Shown here one piece after another: positions 9,684 through 18,897 of a stretch of 64,000 bases of DNA. Every line of letters begins with the position of its first letter. Within the stretch, counting starts at the first letter, position 1. Location: positions 32,001 to 96,000 of IMG/VR virus record IMGVR_UViG_3300043446_004967, one strand, 5' to 3'. The DNA is from a virus. Under the pieces are notes generated by a model that saw only the letters and a program-made list of their open reading frames with translations, did no database searches and was not told the origin of the DNA. The position numbers and the translations under genes are program-made.

Positions 9684-10265
9684 TTACTCTCCTTTACTGT
9701 AGATTACGCTTGCCGGCGGATACGGGTAGTCGGCGCTCACGATCTGACGGTCCTTGATGTCCTTAATAATAAAGGCGGGAAAGTCCTCCAGTGTATCGCT
9801 TGGACGGTAGGCGTACCGCAAATACTGTTCCGCCATTTCCTCATGGTTTTGCGCCAGATAAAAAGCGTGCAGCTCCAGCGCCGCCGCCCGAAGGGCGAAC
9901 CACTTGACATCCCTCCTTAGCGCTACGGAAAATCGTTTGCACACTACCATACCGGCTAGACGCGCTTTCGCGGCGTTTTCACAGTCCCGCAAACTTGCGT
10001 ATACATGCGCGTATAGATTATTGGCGCATAATAAAATCTCGGGGTAGTATAACGCCGCTGTTTGGTTGAGGCGTGCGGACATAGCCGCCATCAGCGAAAA
10101 AGCTTTGTTTACGTCAGTCTCCTCCGCCAAGTCCCCGCTTATCATTAAAACGTCTTGGTACGCCTCGTAGCCGGCGTCGCCTGCGGAAAAACGGTCGCGG
10201 CTTAGAACCGCGTGTCGCATTATGTCGCGGGCGAGGCCGGATACCTCTTTTTGATACTCGTACAT
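9684..10265 (-). CDS. Hypothetical helical protein
   Basis: AGGAGA RBS; divergent promoters at ~10320-10380. Confidence 0.65.
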   Translation of the reverse strand: MYEYQKEVSGLARDIMRHAVLSRDRFSAGDAGYEAYQDVLMISGDLAEETDVNKAFSLMAAMSARLNQTAALYYPEILLCANNLYAHVYASLRDCENAAKARLAGMVVCKRFSVALRRDVKWFALRAAALELHAFYLAQNHEEMAEQYLRYAYRPSDTLEDFPAFIIKDIKDRQIVSADYPYPPASVIYSKGE

Positions 10266-10409
10266 GGCTTCTCCTGTTTATGTCGGCAGGGTCGTCTTTT
10301 AATTAACGCTAGCCGCCCCCGACGGCAAAGTCAAGTGTCCCCTCCCGGTTGACAAGAGGGCTGCCGGCAAGGTAATCTGCGGAAGGCCCGTAAAAAAAGA
10401 GAGAAATCA

Positions 10410-10688
10410 ATGATAATAGTGTTCCCGCTGCCGGAGGCTAAGGACAGGCTGCGCGAGCCGGACGCCGAGATTAAAGAAATTACGGCGGACATGAGCGCAA
10501 CCCTAGAAAAACTATCGACTCTTGTGAAACTCGACCGCTGCAAGCATGGCGATTACCTTGTATTCAGTAGGCGAATCCGGCTACTGAGCGAGTTATTAGT
10601 CGAACTGGTAAACGAAATAGGCGTACAGGAACAGCGCATATGTATAATGCAAGAGGTTCCTCGGGACTCCGCCGAGAAGATCTCGTAA
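10410..10688 (+). CDS. Hypothetical protein
   Basis: Follows a TTGACA promoter at ~10349. Confidence 0.55.
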   Translation: MIIVFPLPEAKDRLREPDAEIKEITADMSATLEKLSTLVKLDRCKHGDYLVFSRRIRLLSELLVELVNEIGVQEQRICIMQEVPRDSAEKIS

Positions 10689-10711
10689 CCTTAAAATAAG
10701 GCACATTCATT

Positions 10712-11452
10712 ATGTTTACTCTGTTTACCCCAACCCCGATTGACGCGGCGCCCGCCGAGTATCCGCGACTGTTTGTTGTAGGCCCGGGCTTGGAAAATTT
10801 CCGTCAGTATGAGTCTAACCACCCGGAAATCCAGTGGTTTTACCGGCCGGTTATGCAGGCGCAACACGAAGGAATGCTCCTCGCCATCGGCGCCTGTTTC
10901 GGAGAGTACGGATTGCCCCTCTCTGAGGTTGTCGTGGACGAGGCTACCGAGTACGGACGACATATCGCAGAGAAGCTCCGCGAACAGAATAACTTACGCG
11001 CAAAGAAGACGCGCATTAGTCTTCCGGGTACGCCTTTCAAGTGGGAGCCGCCGAAATACCCGCTCAAAGAGCGAAAACTCTCCTTTTCTGAGCCGACGCC
11101 GTGCTACGTCGATGTGGCGGAACGTAATCACCCCTATTACGCCGAATGGATAAAAGCAGAGATACGCGACTATTCCCTCGGCGGCCTCGCGGAGACGCTG
11201 ACCGTCGCCGTTATTATGGCGGAGGAGGACTTACCGCTGGGAGTGTGGGGAAGGGATCTTGAACGCTTCGTCGAGCGAAACGACGATAAGGTTCTACGGC
11301 TCGCCGCCGCGTGGAAATTCTTTTCCGAAGAAAGGACGCCCTATTACGACGACTATGTTAAAGCGCGGCGCGCCGCTTTTCAGGAACTGTACGACAAGCT
11401 AAAAGAAGCCCTCACGGCGTCTATAAATAAGGAACAAAAGGAGAAGGCGTAA
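10712..11452 (+). CDS. Hypothetical protein
   Basis: Long ORF, TAATG-coupled to the next gene. Confidence 0.65.
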   Translation: MFTLFTPTPIDAAPAEYPRLFVVGPGLENFRQYESNHPEIQWFYRPVMQAQHEGMLLAIGACFGEYGLPLSEVVVDEATEYGRHIAEKLREQNNLRAKKTRISLPGTPFKWEPPKYPLKERKLSFSEPTPCYVDVAERNHPYYAEWIKAEIRDYSLGGLAETLTVAVIMAEEDLPLGVWGRDLERFVERNDDKVLRLAAAWKFFSEERTPYYDDYVKARRAAFQELYDKLKEALTASINKEQKEKA

Positions 11453-12099
11453 TGGAAGACTCATTAAAGGCGGGGTACATTATAGGCGACGTCATCGCGG
11501 TCGCGGCGGACTGGGAACACCCCCGAGATTGGCAAACCAAAAAGATGCTTCCCCTGTGTCGCCAGCGACTAACCCCAGAAGTACGCAAAGAGATTGAGGA
11601 GGAGCAGAAACAGTGGGACGCCGGGCTTGAACTATGGCTTGCGGGGAGACACCCGGATCAATTAAGCGGCGAGTACGGGCATACAAGGCATATCCTATAC
11701 GAGCATATCCATGACACCCGCCCCACTTTTTCCGACTACCTTCCGGATTGGGGAGAGCATGAGCTAACGCACATCGTGTTCTTCTGTCGAGGCACAGATG
11801 TAACCGCAAGTCCACTTTTTTCGTCAGTAGAAAAGGCGGCGCAATGGGCAGTACGGTACTGGCAGGCGCAGCGACGTACAGAAGTCCGGTACGCTGATGA
11901 AAAGGAAGTCAGCTATGCCGATGCGCTGGCGTTTGTCGTTCGCTGCGTCCTGCGACACGAGGGCGCGCGGTTCCTCGAAAAAATAAGCGAAAACATCAAC
12001 GCTTGGCCGGAGTTCGACTGCCGGGAGGGCGAAGTTTGGAGCGCGAGCGAGATGAATCGGCGAATCATCCTTCCGTATTTAGAGTCAAGGAGGAAGTAA
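11452..12099 (+). CDS. Phage protein, 'VAADWEHP' family (paralog 1)
   Basis: Shares motifs with 13366 and 15148 ORFs. Confidence 0.65.
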   Translation: MEDSLKAGYIIGDVIAVAADWEHPRDWQTKKMLPLCRQRLTPEVRKEIEEEQKQWDAGLELWLAGRHPDQLSGEYGHTRHILYEHIHDTRPTFSDYLPDWGEHELTHIVFFCRGTDVTASPLFSSVEKAAQWAVRYWQAQRRTEVRYADEKEVSYADALAFVVRCVLRHEGARFLEKISENINAWPEFDCREGEVWSASEMNRRIILPYLESRRK

Positions 12100-12428
12100 T
12101 GAGAGCCTTATCCGGCGGTAACGCCCTCGTTAGGTTTATAAAATACCTTAAAAACGAGTATTATCTGAAAAAAAGCGTGAAGGAGCTTAGGAGAGTGCTT
12201 GACACTTTCAATCACGCGACAAGGAACTTAGGGGCAGTCGGCGAGGTACGGCGCAACCTCTGTGAAGATAACTTTAAATCTATAGTCCTCTGCCTGAACG
12301 ACCTCCGTGACATGAACGCCTTGTCTATGTTACGGGAACTGACCGAGCCGGAAAAACTGAAAGTACAGAGACTGAATAACACTTTCTGGGAGCTTCTTGC
12401 GGATATACGCAGAAATATGTATCTTTAG
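12099..12428 (+). CDS. Hypothetical protein
   Basis: AGGAGG RBS; TAATG overlap. Confidence 0.6.
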   Translation: MRALSGGNALVRFIKYLKNEYYLKKSVKELRRVLDTFNHATRNLGAVGEVRRNLCEDNFKSIVLCLNDLRDMNALSMLRELTEPEKLKVQRLNNTFWELLADIRRNMYL

Positions 12429-12473
12429 TAGCCCGTCTGTCCGAGGCGGAAAAATAATCGAAAGAGGTAACAA

Positions 12474-13379
12474 ATGCTAATTAAAAACAGGACGGATATC
12501 CCGGTTCCCGAGGAGTTTCTTAGGGGATTTGAGGTGCCGGATGGGCTTTGCGGGCAAGATTTGGCCGAGGAAATAAATAAAAAGGTTGACCTAGACTGGA
12601 GGTTTCTGGACCTGACCGACGCGAATTTGAGCGGCGCGAATTTGAGCGGCGTGGATTTGACCCGCGCGAAACTGATCTACGCGGATTTGACCGACGCGGT
12701 TTTGAGCGGCGCGAATTTGACCGACGCGAAAATGATCTACGCGAAACTGAACGACGCGGATTTGACCCGCGCGGACCTGACCGGCGCGAAACTGATCGAC
12801 GCGGTTTTGACCGACGCGAATTTGACCGACGCGGATTTGACCGGCGCGATACTGATCGACGCGAAAATGACCGGCGCGAAACTGATCGGCGCGGACCTGA
12901 CCGACGCGGTTTTGACCGGCACGGATTTGACCGGCGTGGATTTGAGCGACGCGGATTTGACCGGCGCGGTTTTGACCGGCGCGAACCTGAACCGCGCGAA
13001 CCTGACCGGCGTGGATTTGACCTATGCGGATTTGAGCTACGCGGACCTGATCGGCGTGGATTTGAGCGGCACGGATTTGAGCGGCGCGAAATATCTTGCG
13101 ACCGCAAAACACGATCGGATCATTAAAATCGATTTCCCAAATGCAAATAATTGGGCCGTCGGTGTTTTTGTCTCGTACTGCGGTAAAAAAGATATCTTAG
13201 CAATAGGGTGCAAAAGCTTTTTATTGAGTAAATGGGAGGAAATGGCGGAACATGAAATAGATGAACTCCATGATGATGCGTCAATGTTTTGGAAGAAAAA
13301 CAAAGAAGCAATTTTGGCGGAAGCCAAGAAAGCAATTAATGAATTTAGAGAAAAGGAGACAAAAAATGACCGTCCGTAG
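12474..13379 (+). CDS. Pentapeptide-repeat protein
   Basis: >30 A(D/N)LxX repeats with 15-bp DNA periodicity at 12610-13090. Confidence 0.92.
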   Translation: MLIKNRTDIPVPEEFLRGFEVPDGLCGQDLAEEINKKVDLDWRFLDLTDANLSGANLSGVDLTRAKLIYADLTDAVLSGANLTDAKMIYAKLNDADLTRADLTGAKLIDAVLTDANLTDADLTGAILIDAKMTGAKLIGADLTDAVLTGTDLTGVDLSDADLTGAVLTGANLNRANLTGVDLTYADLSYADLIGVDLSGTDLSGAKYLATAKHDRIIKIDFPNANNWAVGVFVSYCGKKDILAIGCKSFLLSKWEEMAEHEIDELHDDASMFWKKNKEAILAEAKKAINEFREKETKNDRP

Positions 13380-13983
13380 AGTAGCGGCCGATTGGAAACA
13401 TCCGGTGATCCGTAACGGCTCCATGTTCCCGACGTCGGGAATATGGGTAGAACAGACCAACCCGGGTTACCTCCCCTTGCTGCCCAGAAGATGTATGGGG
13501 ACGGAATCCGAGTTCCGCGCCCGGCAAAAAGCGTGGGACGATAATCTAACGCGATGGACGGAGGGAACCCACCCCTTGCAAACGCGAAAAGACGCGCCGA
13601 ACCAACCCGTATACACAAAATACGACGTATACCCACACGTCGTAGGGGAAAGACCTTGCAGGACAAGGTATATGCCCGCGTGGCCCGAGGAAGATCTTAC
13701 CCACCTAATGCTCTACAGCGGCAGATACGACGAACCCCTTACGGGGAACGCCTTCCGCACGATAGAAGAACTGGCGGAAGAGCTCCTACGGATGGCCCGC
13801 GAACGCCCCGCAAAAGGGAGATTCTACGGAGCGTCCGATTACGCCGAAGCGATCAGCATCGTAATCGACGGAATCAAAGACGATCTCCTGCCGGAACCCG
13901 GCGAAAGCGAGGAAACCTTCAAACAAAGGCAACAAGAAACGGTAGAACGGTATAGAAGACCTCAGGAAGCCGTCACCGGCTGA
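13366..13983 (+). CDS. Phage protein, 'VAADWKHP' family (paralog 2)
   Basis: AGGAG RBS; VAADWKHP...YMPAWPEEDLTH. Confidence 0.7.
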   Translation: MTVRRVAADWKHPVIRNGSMFPTSGIWVEQTNPGYLPLLPRRCMGTESEFRARQKAWDDNLTRWTEGTHPLQTRKDAPNQPVYTKYDVYPHVVGERPCRTRYMPAWPEEDLTHLMLYSGRYDEPLTGNAFRTIEELAEELLRMARERPAKGRFYGASDYAEAISIVIDGIKDDLLPEPGESEETFKQRQQETVERYRRPQEAVTG

Positions 13984-14089
13984 ACGGACGGACCCGATTA
14001 GACTTGCGTTACCCGCTCATCGCCGGTAATGTCGCTTTACGGGCGACAACCCGACAAAAAACAAGGGAACTCAGAAAGGAGATATAGAC

Positions 14090-14708
14090 ATGGACACATG
14101 GGAACCCGTGCACACGGATACGACTAAGAGAAAAACCGCAGAAAAATGCCCGGAAAAACAGTTCGACGACGCGCTGATAACGCTCTATGACTGCTTAGCT
14201 CCCCTGCTTAAAGAAGGCGCCACTCGTACCCTGCCTATCCCCGAGTACGAGAGACTCTTCAGAACGTGTGGGCTCGTAGTTGAACTGTTAAAAGCTCGAG
14301 ACCTTTTAGAGTACCGGGACGCCCCGCCGAAACCGGAAGAAGGCACGCGACCGGAAACCGGCGTAATCTTACAGACGACAATCAACCCGGAACATAAGGA
14401 CGCCTCCGTATGGAGACCTATCCCCGAGCTTAGTCCCGTGCAAAAGACCGGAAACCGACGGACAGGATGACGAAACCCTGCTGTTCGTCGAAACCCGGAC
14501 GCTGATCGACGAGATCAGAAACGAAGTCTTCTTCAACCGCGCGTCGGACGAAAAATTGCAGGACTTGTGGACCTCGCTGCAAGAACTCGACGAACTTAAA
14601 GGAACGGATGAAAAAACAGAACGGCTAAAAAAAGAAAAAACCGCCGTAGCGCGTAGACTCACTGAGTATATGGCGGAACGCGGGGTAGAGCGGCCCGGAC
14701 GACAATAA
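14090..14708 (+). pseudogene. Frameshifted gene; distal part paralogous to 15516..15902
   Basis: ORF 14090..14470 overlaps a start-less frame ending at 14708 (LIDEIRNEVFFNRAS...LKKEKTAV). Confidence 0.6.
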
Positions 14709-14730
14709 ATAAAACAAAAGGATAAAGACA

Positions 14731-15120
14731 ATGGGACATGACATTTTTCACGACAGCACCGACTTGATCGTTATCGGCACTACAAACCGAGGAAGAAAGT
14801 TCATTTATGCCGGAGCCAGAGAACTAGAGCCCTATGACGGGGACGAAAAAACCTTTACCCACGAAGAAGTAGAAGCCTTCGGGCTGAGGGAATACGACCT
14901 CTCTTTCTCGGACCTTGGAAAAGACGTAGCCGATCTGATGGAACGGCAGACGGAAAATGAGGACGAGGAGGGGGAAGAGGAAGTAATCGTAACCGTTACA
15001 TTGTACCAGCTTAGACAAGTAAGGAATGAAGAGGAATACGAAGATGACGAAGATGACGAAGATGTGAGGTATAGAGTGTCCAAGATGCTGGTGTATTACA
15101 GCCCGTTCATTGTAGACTAA
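14731..15120 (+). CDS. Highly acidic hypothetical protein
   Basis: RBS; D/E tracts. Confidence 0.65.
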   Translation: MGHDIFHDSTDLIVIGTTNRGRKFIYAGARELEPYDGDEKTFTHEEVEAFGLREYDLSFSDLGKDVADLMERQTENEDEEGEEEVIVTVTLYQLRQVRNEEEYEDDEDDEDVRYRVSKMLVYYSPFIVD

Positions 15121-15147
15121 AAAATCAGACCCCGAGGAGAAGTAAAA

Positions 15148-15489
15148 ATGGCCGATCATTGGGTTCGTGCCGTTCCGTCACCGGAACTCTGGAGACACCC
15201 GGCGGACGACCGAGGAAAGCCGATCCCGATCAGGAGCTTCCCAAGCGCAGACCGGTTCGCTTTGACACATTACGCGGTCTACGAGTCGGCTAGAGATGAA
15301 GGGGAGATCGGGGACGAGGAGATCCCCTGCTCCCCGGTGTTCGGCACCTACCGAGACGCGATCTTCTGGTACTTAAGGGAAATCTACGTCACAAACGATA
15401 AGACAGCCCACGAGCTGTTCGACCGCTACAGGTACTTCGGGGGCTTAGTGACGGGAAGTCCGTCAGACTTCGACGACGACAATAACTAA
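15148..15489 (+). CDS. Phage protein, shortened 'WRHP' family member (paralog 3)
   Basis: VRAVP..WRHP..LTHYAVYE..SPVF. Confidence 0.6.
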   Translation: MADHWVRAVPSPELWRHPADDRGKPIPIRSFPSADRFALTHYAVYESARDEGEIGDEEIPCSPVFGTYRDAIFWYLREIYVTNDKTAHELFDRYRYFGGLVTGSPSDFDDDNN

Positions 15490-15515
15490 CAAACTAATAC
15501 AAAAGGATAACTACG

Positions 15516-15902
15516 ATGGATGATGAACTGTTTATGCAGAAAGTAACGGAGGATAGCCGGTCGCTGTCGCAACTCGGGTTCCCGCTCGAAGGCGCCGTGG
15601 TGTATAGGCAGGGGCGGAGAGCGGAAGCCCTCGAAAAACTGATCGACGAAGTCAAAGACGAGGTGTTCTTTATCCGCGCATCAGGTAAAAAATTACAAGA
15701 ATTTTATACCGCACTGAAAAAGCTCGGCGAGCCGGAAGGGACCGACCCCCGAACGCAACGGCTAAAAGAAGAAAAAACCGCCGTAATCGCCGCGCTAACC
15801 GAGCATATGAGGAAATGCGGGGTGCGGCGGCCGGAAGACGAAGATGCATTCCCCTACAATCCGGAAACTGACCCGGACGATACGGAAAGCTACCTCAGAT
15901 GA
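15516..15902 (+). CDS. Hypothetical protein (paralog of 14463-14708)
   Basis: LIDEVKDEVFFIRAS...LKEEKTAV. Confidence 0.65.
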   Translation: MDDELFMQKVTEDSRSLSQLGFPLEGAVVYRQGRRAEALEKLIDEVKDEVFFIRASGKKLQEFYTALKKLGEPEGTDPRTQRLKEEKTAVIAALTEHMRKCGVRRPEDEDAFPYNPETDPDDTESYLR

Positions 15903-15999
15903 AGGGAAACAGAGTAACCCAATAACTAGCGCAAGTTTAGTGTAGTATTGTCCGGCCGTACTTTACGAGGCGGTCGGACAGATAAAAGGAGGACATAGT

Positions 16000-16359
16000 G
16001 TGACCGACGAGCCAAGACTAATACGCACGTACACTTACGATAAAGTCACGTTTACCTTACACGATACGTCAGGGCTTTTCGTGGAAATCACAGGTAAATC
16101 TAAAGTGGAGGTGTACATCACACATAAGCTCCAATTTCGAAAAGACACGGGAATGTATAGAGTCCTTGACTCCGCTTGGGCCCTGCGGGAACAAGACGAC
16201 GACGGGTTCAGCTCCGAGCACCCTCCCATCCTGCTGTGGAGCTACGTGCCGGGACAGGCAACCGAACCCGTGAAGGAGTTCCTAAAGAGCGGGCTTCGCC
16301 TCACCAGCGCAAATTCCGGAAAACGTTCCAGAACTATGGAATACACGAAGCCATCTTAA
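16000..16359 (+). CDS. Hypothetical protein
   Basis: AGGAGG RBS, GTG start. Confidence 0.65.
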   Translation: MTDEPRLIRTYTYDKVTFTLHDTSGLFVEITGKSKVEVYITHKLQFRKDTGMYRVLDSAWALREQDDDGFSSEHPPILLWSYVPGQATEPVKEFLKSGLRLTSANSGKRSRTMEYTKPS

Positions 16360-16414
16360 GGCTCCCTCCCGGGGGTAAACCCCTAAGAAACCGACAGGGA
16401 CGGTAGTGATACCG

Positions 16415-16618
16415 CTACCGCGCGCTGTCCCCGCAGAAATGGGCGCGCACCGCCGCGTCCTTAGCCTCCAAAAGCTTCCGTAACGCGACCGAACGCTCTT
16501 CGCAATCATGTACGTTGGCCGCGACCCAGTGCGCGACCTCGCAAAATTGAGCAGAAATGCGCTGCGCGGGCGTCTCCAAGTGTTTATAGACGAAAAAACG
16601 AAGGATCTCGGTGGACAT
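16415..16618 (-). CDS. Small helical-hairpin phage protein
   Basis: ILRFFVYKHL...ERSVALRKLLEAKDAAVRA, a motif I recognise from conserved small phage proteins. Confidence 0.7.
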   Translation of the reverse strand: MSTEILRFFVYKHLETPAQRISAQFCEVAHWVAANVHDCEERSVALRKLLEAKDAAVRAHFCGDSAR

Positions 16619-16670
16619 TTTGTAGCCATTTTTAGGTGAAAAATCCCGTGCGGGCGGCCTAATTATAGAC

Positions 16671-16810
16671 CAAAAATCGCCAAAAATCGCCAAAAATCGC
16701 CAAAAATCGCCAAAAATCGCCAAAAATCGCCAAAAATCGCCAAAAATCACCAAAAATCACCAAAAATCGCCAAAAATCGCCAAAAATCACCAAAAATCGC
16801 CAAAAATCGC
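16671..16810. repeat. Tandem array, 14 x CAAAAATCRC
   Basis: Counted directly: 11 units with G, 3 with A. Confidence 0.97.
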
Positions 16811-17012
16811 CAAAAAAAACCCGTTTTCAAAAATTTTACCCAAAATTTTTAGAGGGTTAGCAGCGTAGGGGCCCCTCTCGGCCTTCCCGGTTTTTTGGGA
16901 GGAGGGGAGGGGATAGATTTGTAATTATAAAAACGTATCTGCTACTTGATAGCCATAATTCCATAGATTTAATTGTATTGGGCACAAAAAAAGGCGCCGA
17001 AGCGCCGATTTT

Positions 17013-17426
17013 TTATGATTTTTTCCGGGCGTAGGCCACCCTGCTGGTGAAGCCCGGCGGCAACACCACGGAAACGCGGGCGCCTTCCACGCCTTCCGCG
17101 TACTCCGCAAGGCGTGCCATAGCGTCAAGCACGGCGTTAGCGCTTTTATGCGCGTCGCCGGTATCTGCCGGAGCAAAACCCTTCGCGTCTAACACCGGTG
17201 TTTCTTTTGGTCCTTTGACAAGTTTTAATAAAGGCTTATCGCCTATGACTTCGCCCGGCCGCGCAATGCGAATTGCCGGAGCGAAGCGATTTTGTAACGC
17301 TTCCTTAGCGTTTTGTTTCGCTGTTTCCTTAATCTTTTCTTTTGAATTTGTCACAATGTCAAACACATGTACCGCCATAGCGGCAACTCCGCACGCTAGG
17401 GCGGTGATTATCACTTCGCTTATCAT
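17013..17426 (-). CDS. Hypothetical protein with N-terminal TM segment
   Basis: AAGGT RBS; hydrophobic N-terminus; terminator at ~16985-17010. Confidence 0.6.
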   Translation of the reverse strand: MISEVIITALACGVAAMAVHVFDIVTNSKEKIKETAKQNAKEALQNRFAPAIRIARPGEVIGDKPLLKLVKGPKETPVLDAKGFAPADTGDAHKSANAVLDAMARLAEYAEGVEGARVSVVLPPGFTSRVAYARKKS

Positions 17427-17455
17427 TTTATTTACCTTTTTTTAGTTGTTTGAGA

Positions 17456-17471
17456 TGTTTCACGTGAAACA
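17456..17471. promoter_or_regulatory. parS: parS site (TGTTTCACGTGAAACA)
   Basis: Exact 16-bp consensus inside a perfect 24-bp palindrome at 17452-17475. Confidence 0.75.
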
Positions 17472-17483
17472 TCTCTTTTTTTG

Positions 17484-18080
17484 TTAAACGGTTGCGGGCG
17501 CCCTCTTAGCGGCGGGCGCGCGCGGTCGGATGGGCTTTTTTGCTGCAACCGGCGCGGCCGGCTTAGGCGGTTGATATATTTTTAGTTCGTTTTGTGGGGA
17601 TTGCTCCCACGTTTTTACATCTTCGTTAAGCTCAAATGTTAACGCATGTTGCGTCAACATAAATCGTGCGCCCGGGTTTATCGCTTCGGACGGCGTGGCT
17701 TTTTCCGGCGTAATAAATTTATGATGTATTAAATAATTTAGCACGCCTGCATCTAGGCCGAACGCGCGCTCAACAATTTTACCATTTTTTAGCGTTACTT
17801 TAACTTCTCCGAAGCGCGGAAAGTACGCTTCGCCGAAGGCGTTCCGAAGAACGCTCAGCGCCGCTTGGTTGCGCGGCGTAAGCGTGGCGCCCGCGTGTTC
17901 CGCCGTGGCGTACTTTACCGGCGTTACGGTTCTGTTATTTTTCGAGGCGTGGGGGTTTGGCTTTGAAACTACCCCGGAATCGCCGGCGTAGCACGTCGGT
18001 ATGCACGGAAGGGCGTTCCCGTTCATTTTCGCTACGCAGGCGGCGCGCGTTAAGACTTCGCGCATATTGCTTCTTTTCAT
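17484..18080 (-). CDS. Hypothetical basic protein
   Basis: Directly downstream of a repeated early promoter. Confidence 0.65.
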   Translation of the reverse strand: MKRSNMREVLTRAACVAKMNGNALPCIPTCYAGDSGVVSKPNPHASKNNRTVTPVKYATAEHAGATLTPRNQAALSVLRNAFGEAYFPRFGEVKVTLKNGKIVERAFGLDAGVLNYLIHHKFITPEKATPSEAINPGARFMLTQHALTFELNEDVKTWEQSPQNELKIYQPPKPAAPVAAKKPIRPRAPAAKRAPATV

Positions 18081-18118
18081 TTTCTTAGCTCTTTGGTTTG
18101 TGCTTTTCTGGTAACCCG

Positions 18119-18247
18119 AATATATTCCCCTCTTCGTCTCTTGTCAAGAGACAAAATGCGCTAGCGTGTCGTATTATATTGTATTGTATTGTGTCGCCCG
18201 CGCCCTGCATTTTGTCTCTTGACAAGAGACGCGCCGGCGTGTATTGT
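18119..18247. promoter_or_regulatory. Divergent pair of sigma70 promoters
   Basis: Minus TTGACA-17-TATATT; plus TTGACA-17-TATTGT; 25-bp inverted repeat. Confidence 0.8.
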
Positions 18248-18284
18248 AGGGGAGTCAAACGAAACAAACAAAGGAGAATTTAAA

Positions 18285-18458
18285 ATGATGATAAACCAAG
18301 AGATTATTAACTCACTCGCCGCATGCGTGCAAGAATTGCACGCGGCAGGCGCCCGCGCGGCATATGATAGTATGCTAAAAATATATGAAGAAGCGTGTCG
18401 CCGGTACGCGGCGGGCGAGCCGGCCAGTGCCGACATGCTGGCGATTTTGGAAGCATAA
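18285..18458 (+). CDS. Small helical protein
   Basis: AAGGAG RBS after the plus-strand promoter. Confidence 0.6.
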   Translation: MMINQEIINSLAACVQELHAAGARAAYDSMLKIYEEACRRYAAGEPASADMLAILEA

Positions 18459-18897
18459 AACAAATCTTTTTTGCAAGAAATTGCAGAAAAGGGCTTGACC
18501 ACCGTTCCCGTCTCCGGTATAACTTAGATATCAGAGACGGGAAACGGAGAGAAAAAACAAAAACCGAAAAAAAACAGGCTGACACCCGGGAAGGGCGGGG
18601 GGTAAAATAAAAATACCAAAAAAGGCGGAAGCTCGGGCTTCTCGGACAGGCTCGACGATAATCACAAACTTATGGGAAAATGGGGACGGTCGGCTCGCCC
18701 TTAGTCCGGACCTGCCAAGGGGGTACTCCGCCCGGCGCAGCAGGGGTGGGGGCTACTATACTACTAGCCGAAGCGCCGTCTACTATTTACTATTTACTAT
18801 CTACTACTAGAAAAAGTCCCGTTTACTATCCGAAACCACAATTTACTATACTATTAGGGGAATTAATAAAAGAAAAGGCCCGTTATGGGCCTACTCC

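Noticed and set aside
12520-13112. Antisense ORFs with RRSNP / AGQIR repeats
   Set aside because: Shadows of the pentapeptide-repeat gene
16619-16753. N-terminal 'FGDFWRFLAI' extension of ORF 16415..16753
   Set aside because: Translation of the 10-bp tandem array; the real start is likely 16618
16671-16810. CRISPR array
   Set aside because: Contiguous 10-mers with no spacers; the Cas4-like gene belongs to the recombination module
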